Assembly: GCF_035084215.1 (NCBI RefSeq)
Contig: NW_027139442.1
Location: forward strand, 4,526,001-4,590,000
Length of the DNA stretch: 64,000 bases
Source of the DNA: Heptranchias perlo
Taxonomy: Eukaryota
Reading direction: 5' to 3'
A program made the position numbers and the translations under genes. The notes beneath the pieces were generated by a model, which did no database searches, was not told where the DNA came from, and worked only from the letters and a program-made list of their open reading frames with translations. Positions 48,418-60,634 of the stretch are shown piece after piece; within the stretch, counting starts at the first letter, position 1, and every line of letters starts with the position of its first letter.

Positions 48418-51400
48418 TCGTGGATATGTGTTGTACCAAGGGCAGCCCAGAGTGTGTCGGTCGTGCAGCAAACCCGGGCACGGGGCGGCCTCGGGCAAGG
48501 CAGTGATCTGTTGCATGGAGAGCCATCAGACACTGGACTGTCAGGAGGCCAAGTGCTGCAACTTTAGCGAACAGTCTGTTCACCTGCACAAGACCTGCTC
48601 AAACTCCAGCTACAGCTGCGCACAGGCAGCGAGGGGCGAGGTGACGCAGGAGAAGTGAGCAGCAGTAGTGACTGTTCCAGAAGAGGCCAGACCTCTCGCC
48701 CCCACGATGGACACCCGTGAAAGAGCCAAATAACAGGAGGTGGACAAAGAGCAGCAAGGGAGCGTCGAGGAATCCTGCAAGACCCCGACACTCTACCGCG
48801 AGACTATTCACAAGCACACAGAGCCAATGGAAGGTGAACCAGGGGTGTGATGGGAGGAAGGATGGAACACGCAGGAAAAAAAAGAGGAAGTTCCGAAGAA
48901 GCAGAGGAACTGACGCCAAATGTGGGACTGGCAGCAAGAGGCGCTTTATAGTCCTCAATGGACAACAGCGGCTGCTCCTCGACTGACGAACAAGATAAAG
49001 GGGGAAGACCCCGCCCTCATCAAAGAGAGCGGCAAAACGCAACAGTGAGAAGTGACACAGACAGCATGCTGCTGCTCCAGGGTTTCTGGAGCAGTAACAC
49101 CCAGCTCTGGGGCACCGGGAGAAGTGACACAGACAGCCCGCTCCAGCTCGAAGGACTCGGGAGCAGTAACACCCCGCTCTGGGGCACCGGGACAAGTGAC
49201 ACAGACAGCACGCTCCAGCTTCAGGGACTCGGGAGCAGTAACACCCAGCTCTGGGGAACCGGGACAAGTGACACAGACAGCACGCTCCAGCTCCAGGGAC
49301 TCGAGAGCAGTAGCACCCAGATCTGGGGCACCGGGAGAAGAGACGCGGATAACGAACAACCTGCGAGAGCCAAGGAGCCAGATCCGGTCGGGGATCTCAC
49401 GGGCACATCGCCCCACGAGACCCCGCTGACGAGCCCCGATCGCAGATACTCCCCCAAGGGAGGACAGACCTCGTACCTCAGACGAAGAACGGTTCTGCAG
49501 TTTGTGCACACTACGCGAATGAAGAATTTGGACCAATGGATGGAAACGGAGGGTAATATTGAATACGGACTGATTCAATTTAGGACCTTAATTTTGTCCC
49601 TTTTGTATTTTTAAAATGGCTTTACAAATGGCATCATTCAACGTGCATAGTGTTAATTCGACGAGACAATGTGCTGCAACACTGAACTAACTGTCCAGGG
49701 TCAAGAGGGACCTGCTGTACTTGCAGAAATGCGGGATGCCGAACCTCAGCAACTACCGGCAGTGGTCACGCATGTGGATCCAAGGGCAGTTGATCTGGTC
49801 GGGAGGCAACGATAACCGTTCCTCGGGCCTGGAAATTCTGCTGCGAGGAGGCCAATTCGCCATCACTGATGTTAAGGAGGTGGTGGGGGGCCATCTGCTC
49901 GTAGCAGACGTTCAGGAGAAGGACGCCCCGCTCCTACTTATCAATGTTTAAGCCCCGGCCTTCAACAGGATAGGCTGGAGGTCGTTCAGCATCTCCTTTG
50001 CAGCTGGGCGATCCAGCAGGGAAGGCACAATACTGGATTCCACGTCCAAACTCCTGTTGCAGGTGGTGAAAGACACAAAGCTTCGCGACGTTTTCAGAAC
50101 CCCTGCAGATGGACCACCACGGAGACACAGCTGGTCCAGGCCACGCGGGTCCGTCTGTTCCAGGATAGACTTTCGGTTTGTGTCCCCAACGCTCATGGTC
50201 AGATCCACCGAAGTCCAGACGGTGTTCTTCCCTGACCACTGCCTCCTACTGGCCGACTGCCAATCGCAGGAGGACCAGAGTGTGGGCAGGGGTACCTGGA
50301 AGCTGAATGTGACACTGTTGACCCCGGATAACATCGAGGTTCGAAAAGGGTTTACAAAGGTTGGAGTACCATGAAACCCCTCTTCCACTCCACGGTTCAC
50401 CGGTGGGAAGCGATCAAGGCCAATATCAACAACTTCTTCATCCTCAAATGTGCTCAGAAGGCGAGAGAGAGACAAAGGGAATTTACAAAAATTGGCAACC
50501 CATTTCCTTGCTAAATGTCGACGACAAGATTCTTTCTAAGGTCATCGCCAACAGGCTCCAGTCTGCTCTGGAGCAGGTGATCAACCCGGATCAGACCTGT
50601 ACTGTACCCGGCAAGACGATCTCTGATAGCCTTGCGCCACCCAGGGATACGATCGCCTTCGTGCAGGACAGGGAGGTGAACACCTGCCTCATTAGCCTGG
50701 ACCAGACGAAGGCCTTTGACAGAATATCCAGACGTACATGATGGATGTGCTTTCCATAATGGGTTTTTGGGAGGGAATCCGCGATTGAATTCGACTGCTC
50801 GACATGGATATCCATAGCGCAGTCCTAATCCACAGGTGGGGATCAGAGAGCTTTCTAATCAGATCTAGAGTCAGGCAGGTTGTCCTCTCTACGGTCTTGT
50901 TCGTATATTGTATGAAGCCGTTTGCCACATCCATCAGGAAGGACGCAGGTATCAAAGGGTTGACGATTCCAGCCAGGGAGGCTCTCAGATTAAGGCTTCC
51001 CTGCACATGGACGATGTCAACCGTTTCTGCACCGATCAGCGCTCGGTACACAGGCTGATGGGCGTCTGCCACCGTTTTGAGCTGGCCTCGGGTGCCAGAG
51101 TGAACGAAGTGAGAGTGAGGCCTTGTTCTTTGGCAGGTGGAAGGCCCGGTCCCTTTTCCACTTCACCGTCAGGTCGGACTACCTGAAGGTGCTGGGGCTC
51201 TGGTTCGAGGGACCACTGACCAGCACCAAGAACTAGGAGGAGCGTGTCGCCAACACCAAACAGAAGCTTGGTATGTGGGTGGGGCGCTCCCTCTCCATAA
51301 TTGGCAGGAACCTGGTGATAAGCTGTGAGGTACTCGCGGTGTTGCTCAACGTGGCCAGGGTCTGGCCCGTTCCCTGCTGATCCTCCGTCACAGTCACCAG

Positions 51401-52490
51401 AGCTATCCTCCACTTTGTCTGGAGGTCCAAGGTGGAACACGTCGGCAGGGAGCCCATGTACAAGCCCCCAGGCAAAGGGGGCAGGGTGTCCCCAACGCCG
51501 CTCTGATGCTGATGGCCACTTCTGTGTGTGGCTGCCTCGGGATATGTGTTGATCCCCAGTACGCAAATACCAAGTGTCACTACGTGATGAGTTTCTACCT
51601 GTCCACCACACTGAGAAGGCTGGGTCTGGCCACGCTGGCCGAGCAGGTGCAGAACGTTCCGTCCAGCTGGACCGTCCCCCACCGCCTGTCCCAAGGCCGT
51701 CAGACAGTGGTCGGCACAGAACGTTCTAGGATTCCTGTCGGTAAAGGAAAGGTTGTATTCAATCGGGCAGTTCACCGACCAGACGGTCGAAGCCATTTGA
51801 CAGAAAGTCTCATCGCCATAACTGACCAGCAGGCACCAGGATATAGCCTGGATGGTGGTGAGAAGGGCCCTCCCAGTGCAGTCCTTCTAACATGCACAGA
51901 ATCTCAGCACCACCGCGAGCTGCCCTCGAAGCTGCAGCAGGGAAGGGACCATCGTCCATCTCCTGGTAGGCTGCCATTTGGCGCAGAAGGTGTGGAGACA
52001 TATGCGTTTGTATCTGTCCCGGTTCATCCCCAACAGCTCGGTAACACAGGACGCTGTGCTCTATGGGCAGTTCCCCAGGACGCACACTGAGACAGATATC
52101 AACTGCTGCTGGAAGACCATCAGCTCGAAGAAGGAAGCCCTTTGGTCCGCCGAAAACGTGCGAGGCTTCCAGCTGAAGGAGTTGTCCACGACCGAGTTTT
52201 GCCGACAGGCACACTCCAAGGTCCAGGAATATGTTTTGAGGGACGCACTGGAGCGAGTTGCTGCCTACATAAAGGGTCTATGGGGAAAGGCCACCTTGTC
52301 AGGCAATTTCACTTTGTATTGTACAGAATGTATTAGAAGATACGTACTGTGTTTTGAATTTTAATAATGAGGTTTTAGTGTGTGCGATCATTTATTTTAT
52401 TATTTTGAACAGTAATTGTGACATTTATAATGAAATGTGTGTATCCTTAAATTTTATGAAATAAAGCATATTTTGAAATTTTAATAAAAT
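48418..52490 (+). mobile_element. Tx1/L1-clade non-LTR retrotransposon, degenerate (gag-like ORF1 with Zn knuckles; ORF2 APE endonuclease + RT + C-terminal domain)
   Basis: RGYVLYQGQPRVCRSCSKPGH knuckle. ORF2 starts MALQMASFNVHS at ~49616; SRIDF...FPDH and GTWKLN (EN), NWQPISLLNVDDKILSKVIANRL and SLDQTKAFDR (RT). Many stops/frameshifts, deletion between EN and RT, AT-rich 3' UTR with AATAAA. Confidence 0.88.
49050..49340. repeat. 72-bp tandem repeat x4 inside Tx1 ORF1
   Basis: AGTGACACAGACAGC recurs at ~49051, 49123, 49195 and 49267. Confidence 0.9.
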
Positions 52491-53710
52491 CTTGGGGTAC
52501 AAATACAGCAATCACTAAAAGTAGGTTTACAAAAAGGCGAGTCAAGCACTGGGATTCAATTCCAGAGGGATGGAATTGATAAGCTAAGAAGTTATGTTAA
52601 ACTTGTATGGAGCCTTGGTTAGGCCACACTTGGATTATTGTGCACAGTCTGGTCTCCATATTATAGAAAGGATAGACAGGAATTGGAGAGGGAGCAAAAA
52701 AGATTCACAAGGTTGATACCAGAACTGAGGGGATATCCTTATCAGGAAAGGCTGAACAGGCTGGGACTCTTTTCTCTTGAAAAGAGAAGGCAAAGGGGTG
52801 ACCTAATAGAGGTCTTTAATATGTTGATAGGGTAGACGGAGAAAAAATGTTTCCAATTGTGAGGGAGTCCAAAATTAGAGATCATAAATATAAGATAGTT
52901 ACAAATAAATCCAGTAAGAATTCAGGAGAAACTTCTTTACCCATAGAGTGTTAAGACTGTGGAACGCGCTACCACAGGGAGTAGTTGAGGTAAATAACGT
53001 AGGTGCATTTAAGGAGAAGCTAGATAAGCACAAGAGGGAGACAGTAATAGGGTATCCTGATAGGGTTAGATGAAGTATGGAGGGTGGTGGATCGTGTGAT
53101 GCACAAAATCTGGCATAAACCAGTTGGGCCGAATGGCCTGTTTCTGTGCTGTAGTTTAGAAGTAACTCGATGAACTCAATGTATTATTTTTGGGGGTGGT
53201 GGAAGAGCAGAGGGACCTGGGGGCGCATATTCACAAATCTTTGAAGGTGGCAGGACAAGTTGATCAGGCGGTGAAGCAAGCAGATGGGATACATGGGTTT
53301 GCAAAGAGTAATATAGAATACACCAATAGGGAGTCATGTTAAACCTTTACAAAAGGCTGGTTAGGCCTTAGCTGGATTATTGTGTATAATTCTGGGCACC
53401 ACACTTTAAGGAGAATGTCAAGGCCTTGAAGAGGACACAAAGGAGATTTACCAGGGTGATGCCAGGGACGAGGGACTTCAGTTATGTGGAGGGATTGGAG
53501 AAGTTGGGATTGTTCTCCTTCGATCAGAGAAGATTAAGGGGAGACCTAATCGAGGTATTCAAAATAATGAGGGGTTTTTATGGAGCAAATAAGGGAAACC
53601 GTTTACTCCAGCAATTGGATTTGTAATCAGAGGTCATAGGTTTAAAACAATTGGTAAAACAACTGGAGGGGAAATGAGGAAAACATTTTTCACACGGAGG
53701 GTTGTTAAGC
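52490..53710 (+). mobile_element. Two CR1 3' fragments
   Basis: WSPYYRKD..ELEREQKRFTRLIP and RRFTRVMPG motifs. Confidence 0.85.
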
Positions 53711-54136
53711 ACTGCCTGGAAGATGGGGTCCCGTTTAAAGGCTGTCCTCGTATCAAAATTCATATTTTAACTGGGACTCTGCAGGAACAGATTGAAACGG
53801 GTCTGCTTGTGTCCCTGGATTCAATGTACAATGTGGAGAAATCGGTAAAATGTATGAATGAATCGGCAGGAGTGAACATGGTCAATACAATTATATGAAA
53901 ACTGTAAATGAAGCCGCTCATTGTTGTTGGACCAGTCCTTTCTGTGCACAGCTTTTAACTTTATTTCTGAGAGAGGTCTCAGTAAGATAATGTCCTGGAT
54001 TTTGAGGTGTTTGTGATATATCCACGTCATTAGTTACATCGGAGTCAAAGCTGCTGATGTAATGTGTTTGTTCAGGTGACTGTAACTAATAGCAATGATC
54101 AGGGGTATAACCGTGTCAGTGGAGATTTATCCCCTG

Positions 54137-54142
54137 TATAAA
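54137..54142 (+). promoter_or_regulatory. Candidate TATA box of GPCR copy 2
   Basis: TATAAATCAG ~90 nt upstream of the ATG, conserved in both paralogues. Confidence 0.45.
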
Positions 54143-54227
54143 TCAGGAATCTCTGCAATGAATCCGCTCACAGTACCTGCCGGAGCTGCGGTTTCCAGGC
54201 CAACAGAAGTCATTGCTACTCAAAGAA

Positions 54228-54297
54228 ATGGGATATTCAGTAATATATCAGATAGAATGTATTTATTATCCTGTTCTTGCAGCCGTTGGAGTTCCAG
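54228..54297 (+). CDS. GPR139-like GPCR copy 2, exon 1 (MGYSVIYQIECIYYPVLAAVGVP|G)
   Basis: 70 nt, ATG at 54228, donor CCAG|GTAAG, in frame with the exon at 56711. Confidence 0.88.
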
Positions 54298-55629
54298 GTA
54301 AGCCGTTATCTCAGCTGTTAATGGCGTAAATCGATATTATCTCTGCTGCTTTACTTGGCACTGTTTTTTCTCCCATCGTGTATTACACAGTGGAATGTTT
54401 TGTTCTCAGTCTCTGCTCTTTTGGTCTTGTAGTAGTTGCATTACATGCGTTACCATCTTCTACATCCAACCCTGGCATTGTTGCTGGATTATTCTCTGTA
54501 CTGAATGTATTGGAATCAGGTCTCTGGGCTAAGAGCTGATATCAGACCATAAGTAGTTGCTAACAGTTTCATGTTGTTGAATATACCCGCGCTACAATAT
54601 TTTTTCATAAATGTGTTTTCAGTGATTGATAATGAGATATCTCACGGCCTCAGTTTTAAAAGGAGGCAGCGCAATGTCCTCCCTACGCAATAACATGGTC
54701 CAGTTTAACTGGGATGTCAATGTATCTGTTGGTTATCACTGTGATGAAAGATTACTTAATTGTGCCTGCATCTGACGCCGCTTCTGGTTCAGATATCTGG
54801 TCACTGAAATGATTTTGCTGCTGATTCTTTCACATCTCATTCTCTGCTTCACTGTGGATGAATTCACTGTAAAATGCAACGTTTTGCGGTTATGTTGTAT
54901 CAGTTTGCAGTTTATCTGTTGGAATCATGAGCCCTTCTATTTATTTGTAGATTATAAGCAGCAGCTGTGATTTTGGCGTTTTGTTAATTGAACAATGCCG
55001 CCATCTAACGCTGTACTTTAAAATGTCTGGAAGAGGCATTCGATTCTGTTTATTCCATGCATTGTAGATGAAGTGAACAGTGTAGGTGAACAGGTGGAGA
55101 CTTGGATGATCTTAAGAAACATTAAACTGTTCACAGAGGCTTCACCATTTAACAAACTGACACTAAGAATATGATCGTTAGAACACTTGGCTGGTGTAGA
55201 TAAAGCAGGTGCAGGATGTTAGAATTTACTCGGATGAGAAAAGCGGCATTGAGAAAGAGAGTAAAGACAGAGCGGAGAGATAGAGAGGAGAGATAGAGAA
55301 CGCGACTCAGAAGGAACACAAGAGGGGGTAGAATTAAAGAGAAAAAAAGACACACAGAGACGACGAGAGATCAGAAATTGAGCGGGGCTGGGGGAGAGCG
55401 CCAGCGGGGTGAATAATTGATCGGATTGAACTGCCGGATGTGGAAATGTGACTTGAAGGTGTAATTCGGATGTTCTCAGATTGTGAAAGTTTTATTGTAC
55501 TCTCGCCGGGTGTGTTTATCGCTTTCAGGTCATCAGTCTGTTTATGTGAATGTTAATTTTACTTGTTTACTGACTGAATACATAAACATAATTGAAATAT
55601 ATTTAAAGAATAAAATCAGTTATTCCTTG

Positions 55630-55832
55630 ATTTTATTTTTATTCGTTCACGGGATGTGGGCGTCGCTGGCGAGGCCAGCATTTATTGCCCATCCCTAATT
55701 GCCCTCGAGAAGGTGGTGGTGAGCCGCCTTCTTGAACCGCTGCATTCCGTGTGGTGACGGTTCTCCCACAGTGCTGTTAGGAAGGGAGTTCCAGGATTTT
55801 GACCCAGCGACAATGAAGGAACGGCGATATAT
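55630..55832 (-). mobile_element. LINE 3' tail insertion specific to the GPCR copy 2 intron
   Basis: Reverse complement of the 3' end at 60170-60370; absent at the paralogous site (~33515). Related fragments at ~1020-1200 and ~6905-7210. Confidence 0.75.
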
Positions 55833-56710
55833 AGATCGCATTGAATTATTCGGATACTGTATTCTAGAATCTATGTGTCAGCTTAATTCAATAAAGAATG
55901 AGGCTAATTGAATGATTGCATTTTGATTTAATTTTAATTGAATGCGCAAAGTAAATTTATTGAACACGTTATGTAACCAACGAGCTGTTCCCTGACACCA
56001 ATAACCATAGAAATGAACTGTTGAATTTATTAATTGGATTGTGTTACTGGGGCCTATCGATTAGATTTCCACTAACACTCTGCTGCAGTCTCTCCCTGTG
56101 AATCCCAGCCTCTCCTCCCAGTGCATTGAATCCTCGGTCTCCTCGTCCATGGCTTCAGTTTATCCCCTCCACCTCCTACGTGTTCTTTCCTTTGTCGCCC
56201 TCCCAATCTCATTCTCTGGCTCGGCCTTCATCTGCTTCTTCCAACCCGATGCGAAGCCTCAAAATCACCGCCGCGAATCTCGTTCTTTCCCGTTTTGTGC
56301 CAGCCCCTGTCGGCCCACTTCACGCAGAGCAACAAACCAGCTGCATCGCCCCCTGTCCCCTCACCGACCCGGTCCTCGCTCACTTCCATCTGGAGCCCAA
56401 ATCCGGATTTAACCCTTTGGATTCCCAGTCTTCAAAACCCATTCTCCTTCCCCTCCGGCACTGCGCCCTCACTCGACCATTCCAGTGGATCCAGTGATCA
56501 CTTTATTCACTTTCTGTATCAATTTCCCAATTCATTATTGATAATTACCTTTTAAAACATTTCTCTGCCGAACATACTGCACAGGCCAGATAATCAGTTA
56601 ACACCGTTTGATGCAGCAACAAAGCTGGAAATTTCACCCCCTGATGAAACTGCTGCTTTGGCTCCAGGTCTGATCAGTAATTTCTCTGCATGTGTTTCTC
56701 ACTCTTACAG

Positions 56711-57600
56711 TTAACCTGGTGGCGATTGTGATCCTGTCCCGAGGAAAGTGCGGACTCTCCAAATGTGTCACTCGCTATCTGGTGGGAATGACAGCGGCCG
56801 ATCTCCTGGTCGTGATTACCGATGTTTTATTGAGGGGGATTAGTGAGATTTATTTCCCAGTTTCATTATTAACCATTACCCCTGTGTGCCGCCTCATTGC
56901 TATCCTGATTTCAGCAGCTACAGCGGCCTCTGTCTGGTTCACAGTGTTTTTCACCTTTGATCGATTTGTGGCCATTTGTTGTCAGAAGCTGAAAACAAAA
57001 TATTGCACCGAGAAAATGGCGGCTGCTGTTATCGGGGTGGTGAGTGCTCTGAGCTGTTTACTAAACCTTCCCTGGTACTTTGTAATTGAACCGGAATATA
57101 AAATGGACAATGTACCCCGGGGTTGTGTCTGGAAATTGATCCTTTTCACTTCACCCGCTTGGGCAGCGTTTGACTTGTTTTATCTTGTATTAATACCTTG
57201 TCTCCCATTCATTCTGATTTTACTGTTCAATATTCTCACCGCCAGACACATTTTAGCGGCCAATAGAGTCCGCAGGAGACTCCGGGGACGCAACAATGGA
57301 GAGAATCACAAGGATCCAGAGACGGAGAACCGAAGGAAATCCATCATTTTACTCTTCAGTATATCAGGCAGTTTTATATTGTTATGGAGCGCATTCGTTT
57401 TCTTTATTATCTCTCCGCGTATAACAAACATCAAGAACGATACGGTCAGTGACATTGAGTCAGCCGGAGTCATGCTTCAACTTCTCAGTTCCTGCACCAA
57501 CACGTGTATTTATGCTGTGACCCAGACTAAATTCAGAGAGGAGCTGAAGAACGGGATGAAATATCCACTGAATCTAATTGTTACATTAGTTAAATCATAG
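56711..57600 (+). CDS. GPR139/GPR142-like class A GPCR, copy 2, exon 2
   Basis: 890-nt open exon after ctcttacAG, same motifs and length as copy 1, TAG at 57598-57600; 319 aa spliced product. Confidence 0.92.
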
Positions 57601-58329
57601 AAACATCTGAAGACTTTTCATCCGAAATTAAATAAAACGTGAATCAGTGTAGGTTTTCACGTTTGGCGGTGATGTGAGACTCGCGGTAGGGATCGGACGC
57701 CCGTTATTCACCGCACCTGATTTTACTATCCATTGACATCAATGTGTTCACTAAAATAACTGATATCAATCCAATACTTCTAATAAATTTGGAAATAACA
57801 GACAGGAATTATATTTTACCCGACAAAGGCGGTGTTGTGGAATGACACAAGATGTGATTCTAACATGAAACGGTTTGCTGTTATTAGTCTGGAAATAATA
57901 TGATTTCAATATTAAATGTTTAATCCTGAAATGAATAAAATCAAATCCTCTTTTACGGTTGATGATTATTTCCCATCACACACACTGCCCGGTTGAATGG
58001 ACTGAGGGTGAGCTGTCAGGGTCAGACAGAGTCCTGTTCATTGGAATATTTGTTTTGACCAGAACAGAATAATAATGGACCAACACCCGGACCGTTACTA
58101 ACTGGTAAAGTATTAATGTAATTTCAAACTACAGTGGGGAGTTCCAGAGATCGTTTCCTCTCTGAGCTGCTGTGCAGCAATGTTTACTCACTGCAGGGAG
58201 TTTTATGGGACATGAGGCTGGGCCTGGTTACACAGATCTATAAGGAAACATTTCCGAGAAGTTCAGGGGTCGCGAGATTTCTCACGGCCGCAGCAGGCCA
58301 AGGGAAAGCTCTCCTGCTCCTCCGCGGCT

Positions 58330-58492
58330 CTCAGGGGAAAGGCCATTTCACTTTGTAATGTACTGAATTGTAATAATAGATTCGTAGTTTGTACGATATA
58401 CATTGTATTGTTTTCAATTGCAACTGTGACATTTACATTGAACTTTGTGTATCGATAATTTTTTTGAAATCAAGTCAATTTTGAAATATTAA
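58330..58492 (+). mobile_element. Tx1-type 3' UTR fragment (right arm)
   Basis: Similar to 52280-52490 and positionally paralogous to 30015-30270. Confidence 0.6.
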
Positions 58493-59069
58493 ACACATGT
58501 TCCAGTCACACCATGTCCGTTGTTAATGGACAGTGAAGAGTGGAACCAAGCGCAGAAAATAAAGATGTGTGGAGTTATGCAAAGAGCATCTATTGCAGAC
58601 ATCAGGTTTGAAATAAGAGTATTTTATTAATAGTGAGAAACAAGGGACTGTAGAGGAGCAAAATGTTTTGGGTGTCCAGTTGCACCAATCAATAAAAGTT
58701 AGTGCACATGTCGCAAAAATAATTTTCAATATCCCAATTTCTAGTCTGCCATTTCCCAAGATATCGCTATGGCCAACTCTCTGGAATTTGCAGATACAAC
58801 CAGGCCCCACTGCCTCCCTTGCTGGTGAAATCCATACATCCATCACCTTCTGCATTAAAAAAGTTACATGCAATCATTCTGCTCATCCTATGCCCCAGGT
58901 CGAGAAGACTAATAGTGGCGGGAGGTCCCAGGCCATCAGCGTTATGTGAGTTTGGACATTTCTGCTTTTCATTCTGAATTTTGCACTTAAAGTTTTCCCC
59001 TTTGATTTGTACATTTCTATTTTTATTTCATTCTTGTAGATTGTGCATTTTTAAGCAAATTCTCCAAAC

Positions 59070-59490
59070 CCTGTGCGCAGTGAGTGCTGACTCCGGGGCA
59101 TTTGATTGACAACTTTGACCTCCTCCCCCGACCCCAGTTCCCATCACATGATAAGCGAAAGCGTCACCCACCGCTTTGCGCGCTGAAGTCACGGCGCGTA
59201 CGTGCCCCTCCGGCCCGTGGGGCGCCACGCATGCGCGCGCGGCCCCTGTGCCGCGTTCCATTCGCAACAGGCCGGCGCAGAAAGAATGATGATGGCGGAT
59301 TCGGGACGGCGGGCGGACGCTGCGGTGCGCCGGGGCGAGACAGACAGAGTGATGGCCCGCACCCGGGAGTGGCCTGTGTCCACGGCCTGGGAATGGCGCG
59401 CTAAGGGTGGTCCGAGCTGCAGCTCCTCCGAATCCAGGCCCGAGCGGTGTTGATGGGGCCCCGACCCAGGGGCGGTCGGACCGTTACTCC
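59070..59490 (+). promoter_or_regulatory. Paralogous CpG-island promoter, right copy, with degraded motifs
   Basis: Inverted homologue of 28740-29200. NRF1-like CGCATGCGC retained; CRE is TGAAGTCA, E-box is TCACATGA, X-box is GTTCCATTCGCAAC; ATGATGATGGCGG at 59286. Confidence 0.55.
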
Positions 59491-59557
59491 GGGAGGGAGG
59501 TGGTCTTTGAGACCATCCGTGCTCTGTTGAACGATCTCTGTGTGTGTCTTGTTCCAG

Positions 59558-59678
59558 CCGTTCCCATTTGTACCTCTGACCTGACTGGCGGAGTCTGCGA
59601 ACTCGACTGCTGCTGTGACCCTGACTGTTCTGCCGCGGACATCAATGTCTTCTCCACCTGGTTGCTGGGCAGTGAACC
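59558..59678 (+). pseudogene. Tectonic (TCTN3-like) Cys-rich exon, orphan fragment, right copy
   Basis: VPICTSDLTGGVCELDCCCDPDCSAADINVFSTWLLGSEP|GTAAGT. Two Cys lost (C->S, C->W); original acceptor gcAG mutated to gccg, with an in-frame AG 3 nt upstream. Confidence 0.72.
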
Positions 59679-59838
59679 GTAAGTTTCCGTTCGTGTTTTG
59701 CTGTATTCGCACCCAGTCCGGCAATGCCTCCATTTTCAAATCCTCATCCTCCTGTTCAAATCCCCCCACGGCCTCACCCCTCACTTTCTCTTTAACCTCC
59801 CCCAGCCCTATAATTAGCATCTTCGTGTTCAAATCAGG

Positions 59839-60370
59839 AACAAGTCAGGAGTGTGATGGAATACTCTCCACTTGCCTGAATGAGTGCAGCTCAAACAACA
59901 CTTGAGAAGCTCGACATCATCCAGGACAAAGCAGCCCTCTTGATTGGCACCCCAACCATCACCCTAAACATTCACTCCCTCCACCACCGGCGCACAGTGG
60001 CTGCAGTGTGTACCATTCACAGGATGCATTGCAGCAACTCGCCAAGGCTTCTTCGACAGCACCTCCCAAACCGGCGACCTCTACCACCTAGAAGGACAAG
60101 GGCAGCAGGCACATGGGAACAACACCACCTGCACGTTCCTCTCCAAGTCACACACCATCCCGACTTGGAAATATATCGCCGTTCCTTCATCGTCGCTGGG
60201 TCAAAATCCTGGAACTCCCTTCCTAACAGCACTGTGGGAGAACCGTCACCACACGGACTTCAGCGGTTCAAGAAGGCGGCTCACCACCACCTTCTCAAGA
60301 GCAATTAGGAATAGGCAATAAACGCTGGCCTCGCCAGCGACGCCCATATCCCATGAACGAATAATAAAAA
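59839..60370 (+). mobile_element. Non-CR1 LINE ORF2 3' fragment inserted in an L2 remnant
   Basis: KLDIIQDKAALLIG...IHSLHHRRTVAAVC and KSWNSLP...FK motifs, A-rich tail; host L2 sequence resumes at AAATC|CCTCCATGG. Confidence 0.75.
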
Positions 60371-60634
60371 TCCCTCCATGGCCTCACCCCCACTCTATCT
60401 CTATCCTCCTCCAGCCCTATGACCCTCCGAGATCTCTGTGCTCCTCCAATTCTGGTCTCTTGCGCATCCCCAATTTTCATCGTTGCACCATTGGTGGCCG
60501 TGCCTTCAGCTGCCTTGGCCCTAAGCTCTGGGATTCCCTCCATCAACCTCTCTCTCCTCTTTTAAGACGCTCTTTAAAACCAACTTCTTTGCTGAGGTAG
60601 CCGATCTCACCGGGTGTTGGACTGAGCCCCAGAC

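Larger units (their letters stand above)
54030..60420 (+). repeat. Right arm of the inverted segmental duplication
   Basis: For example, 54031-54090 is the reverse-complement homologue of 35915-35975, and 58000-58240 of 31070-31310. Confidence 0.88.

Noticed and set aside
48599-49614. Several 200+ aa overlapping ORFs as host genes
   Set aside because: They arise from the 72-bp repeat and GC-rich low-complexity tail of Tx1 ORF1.
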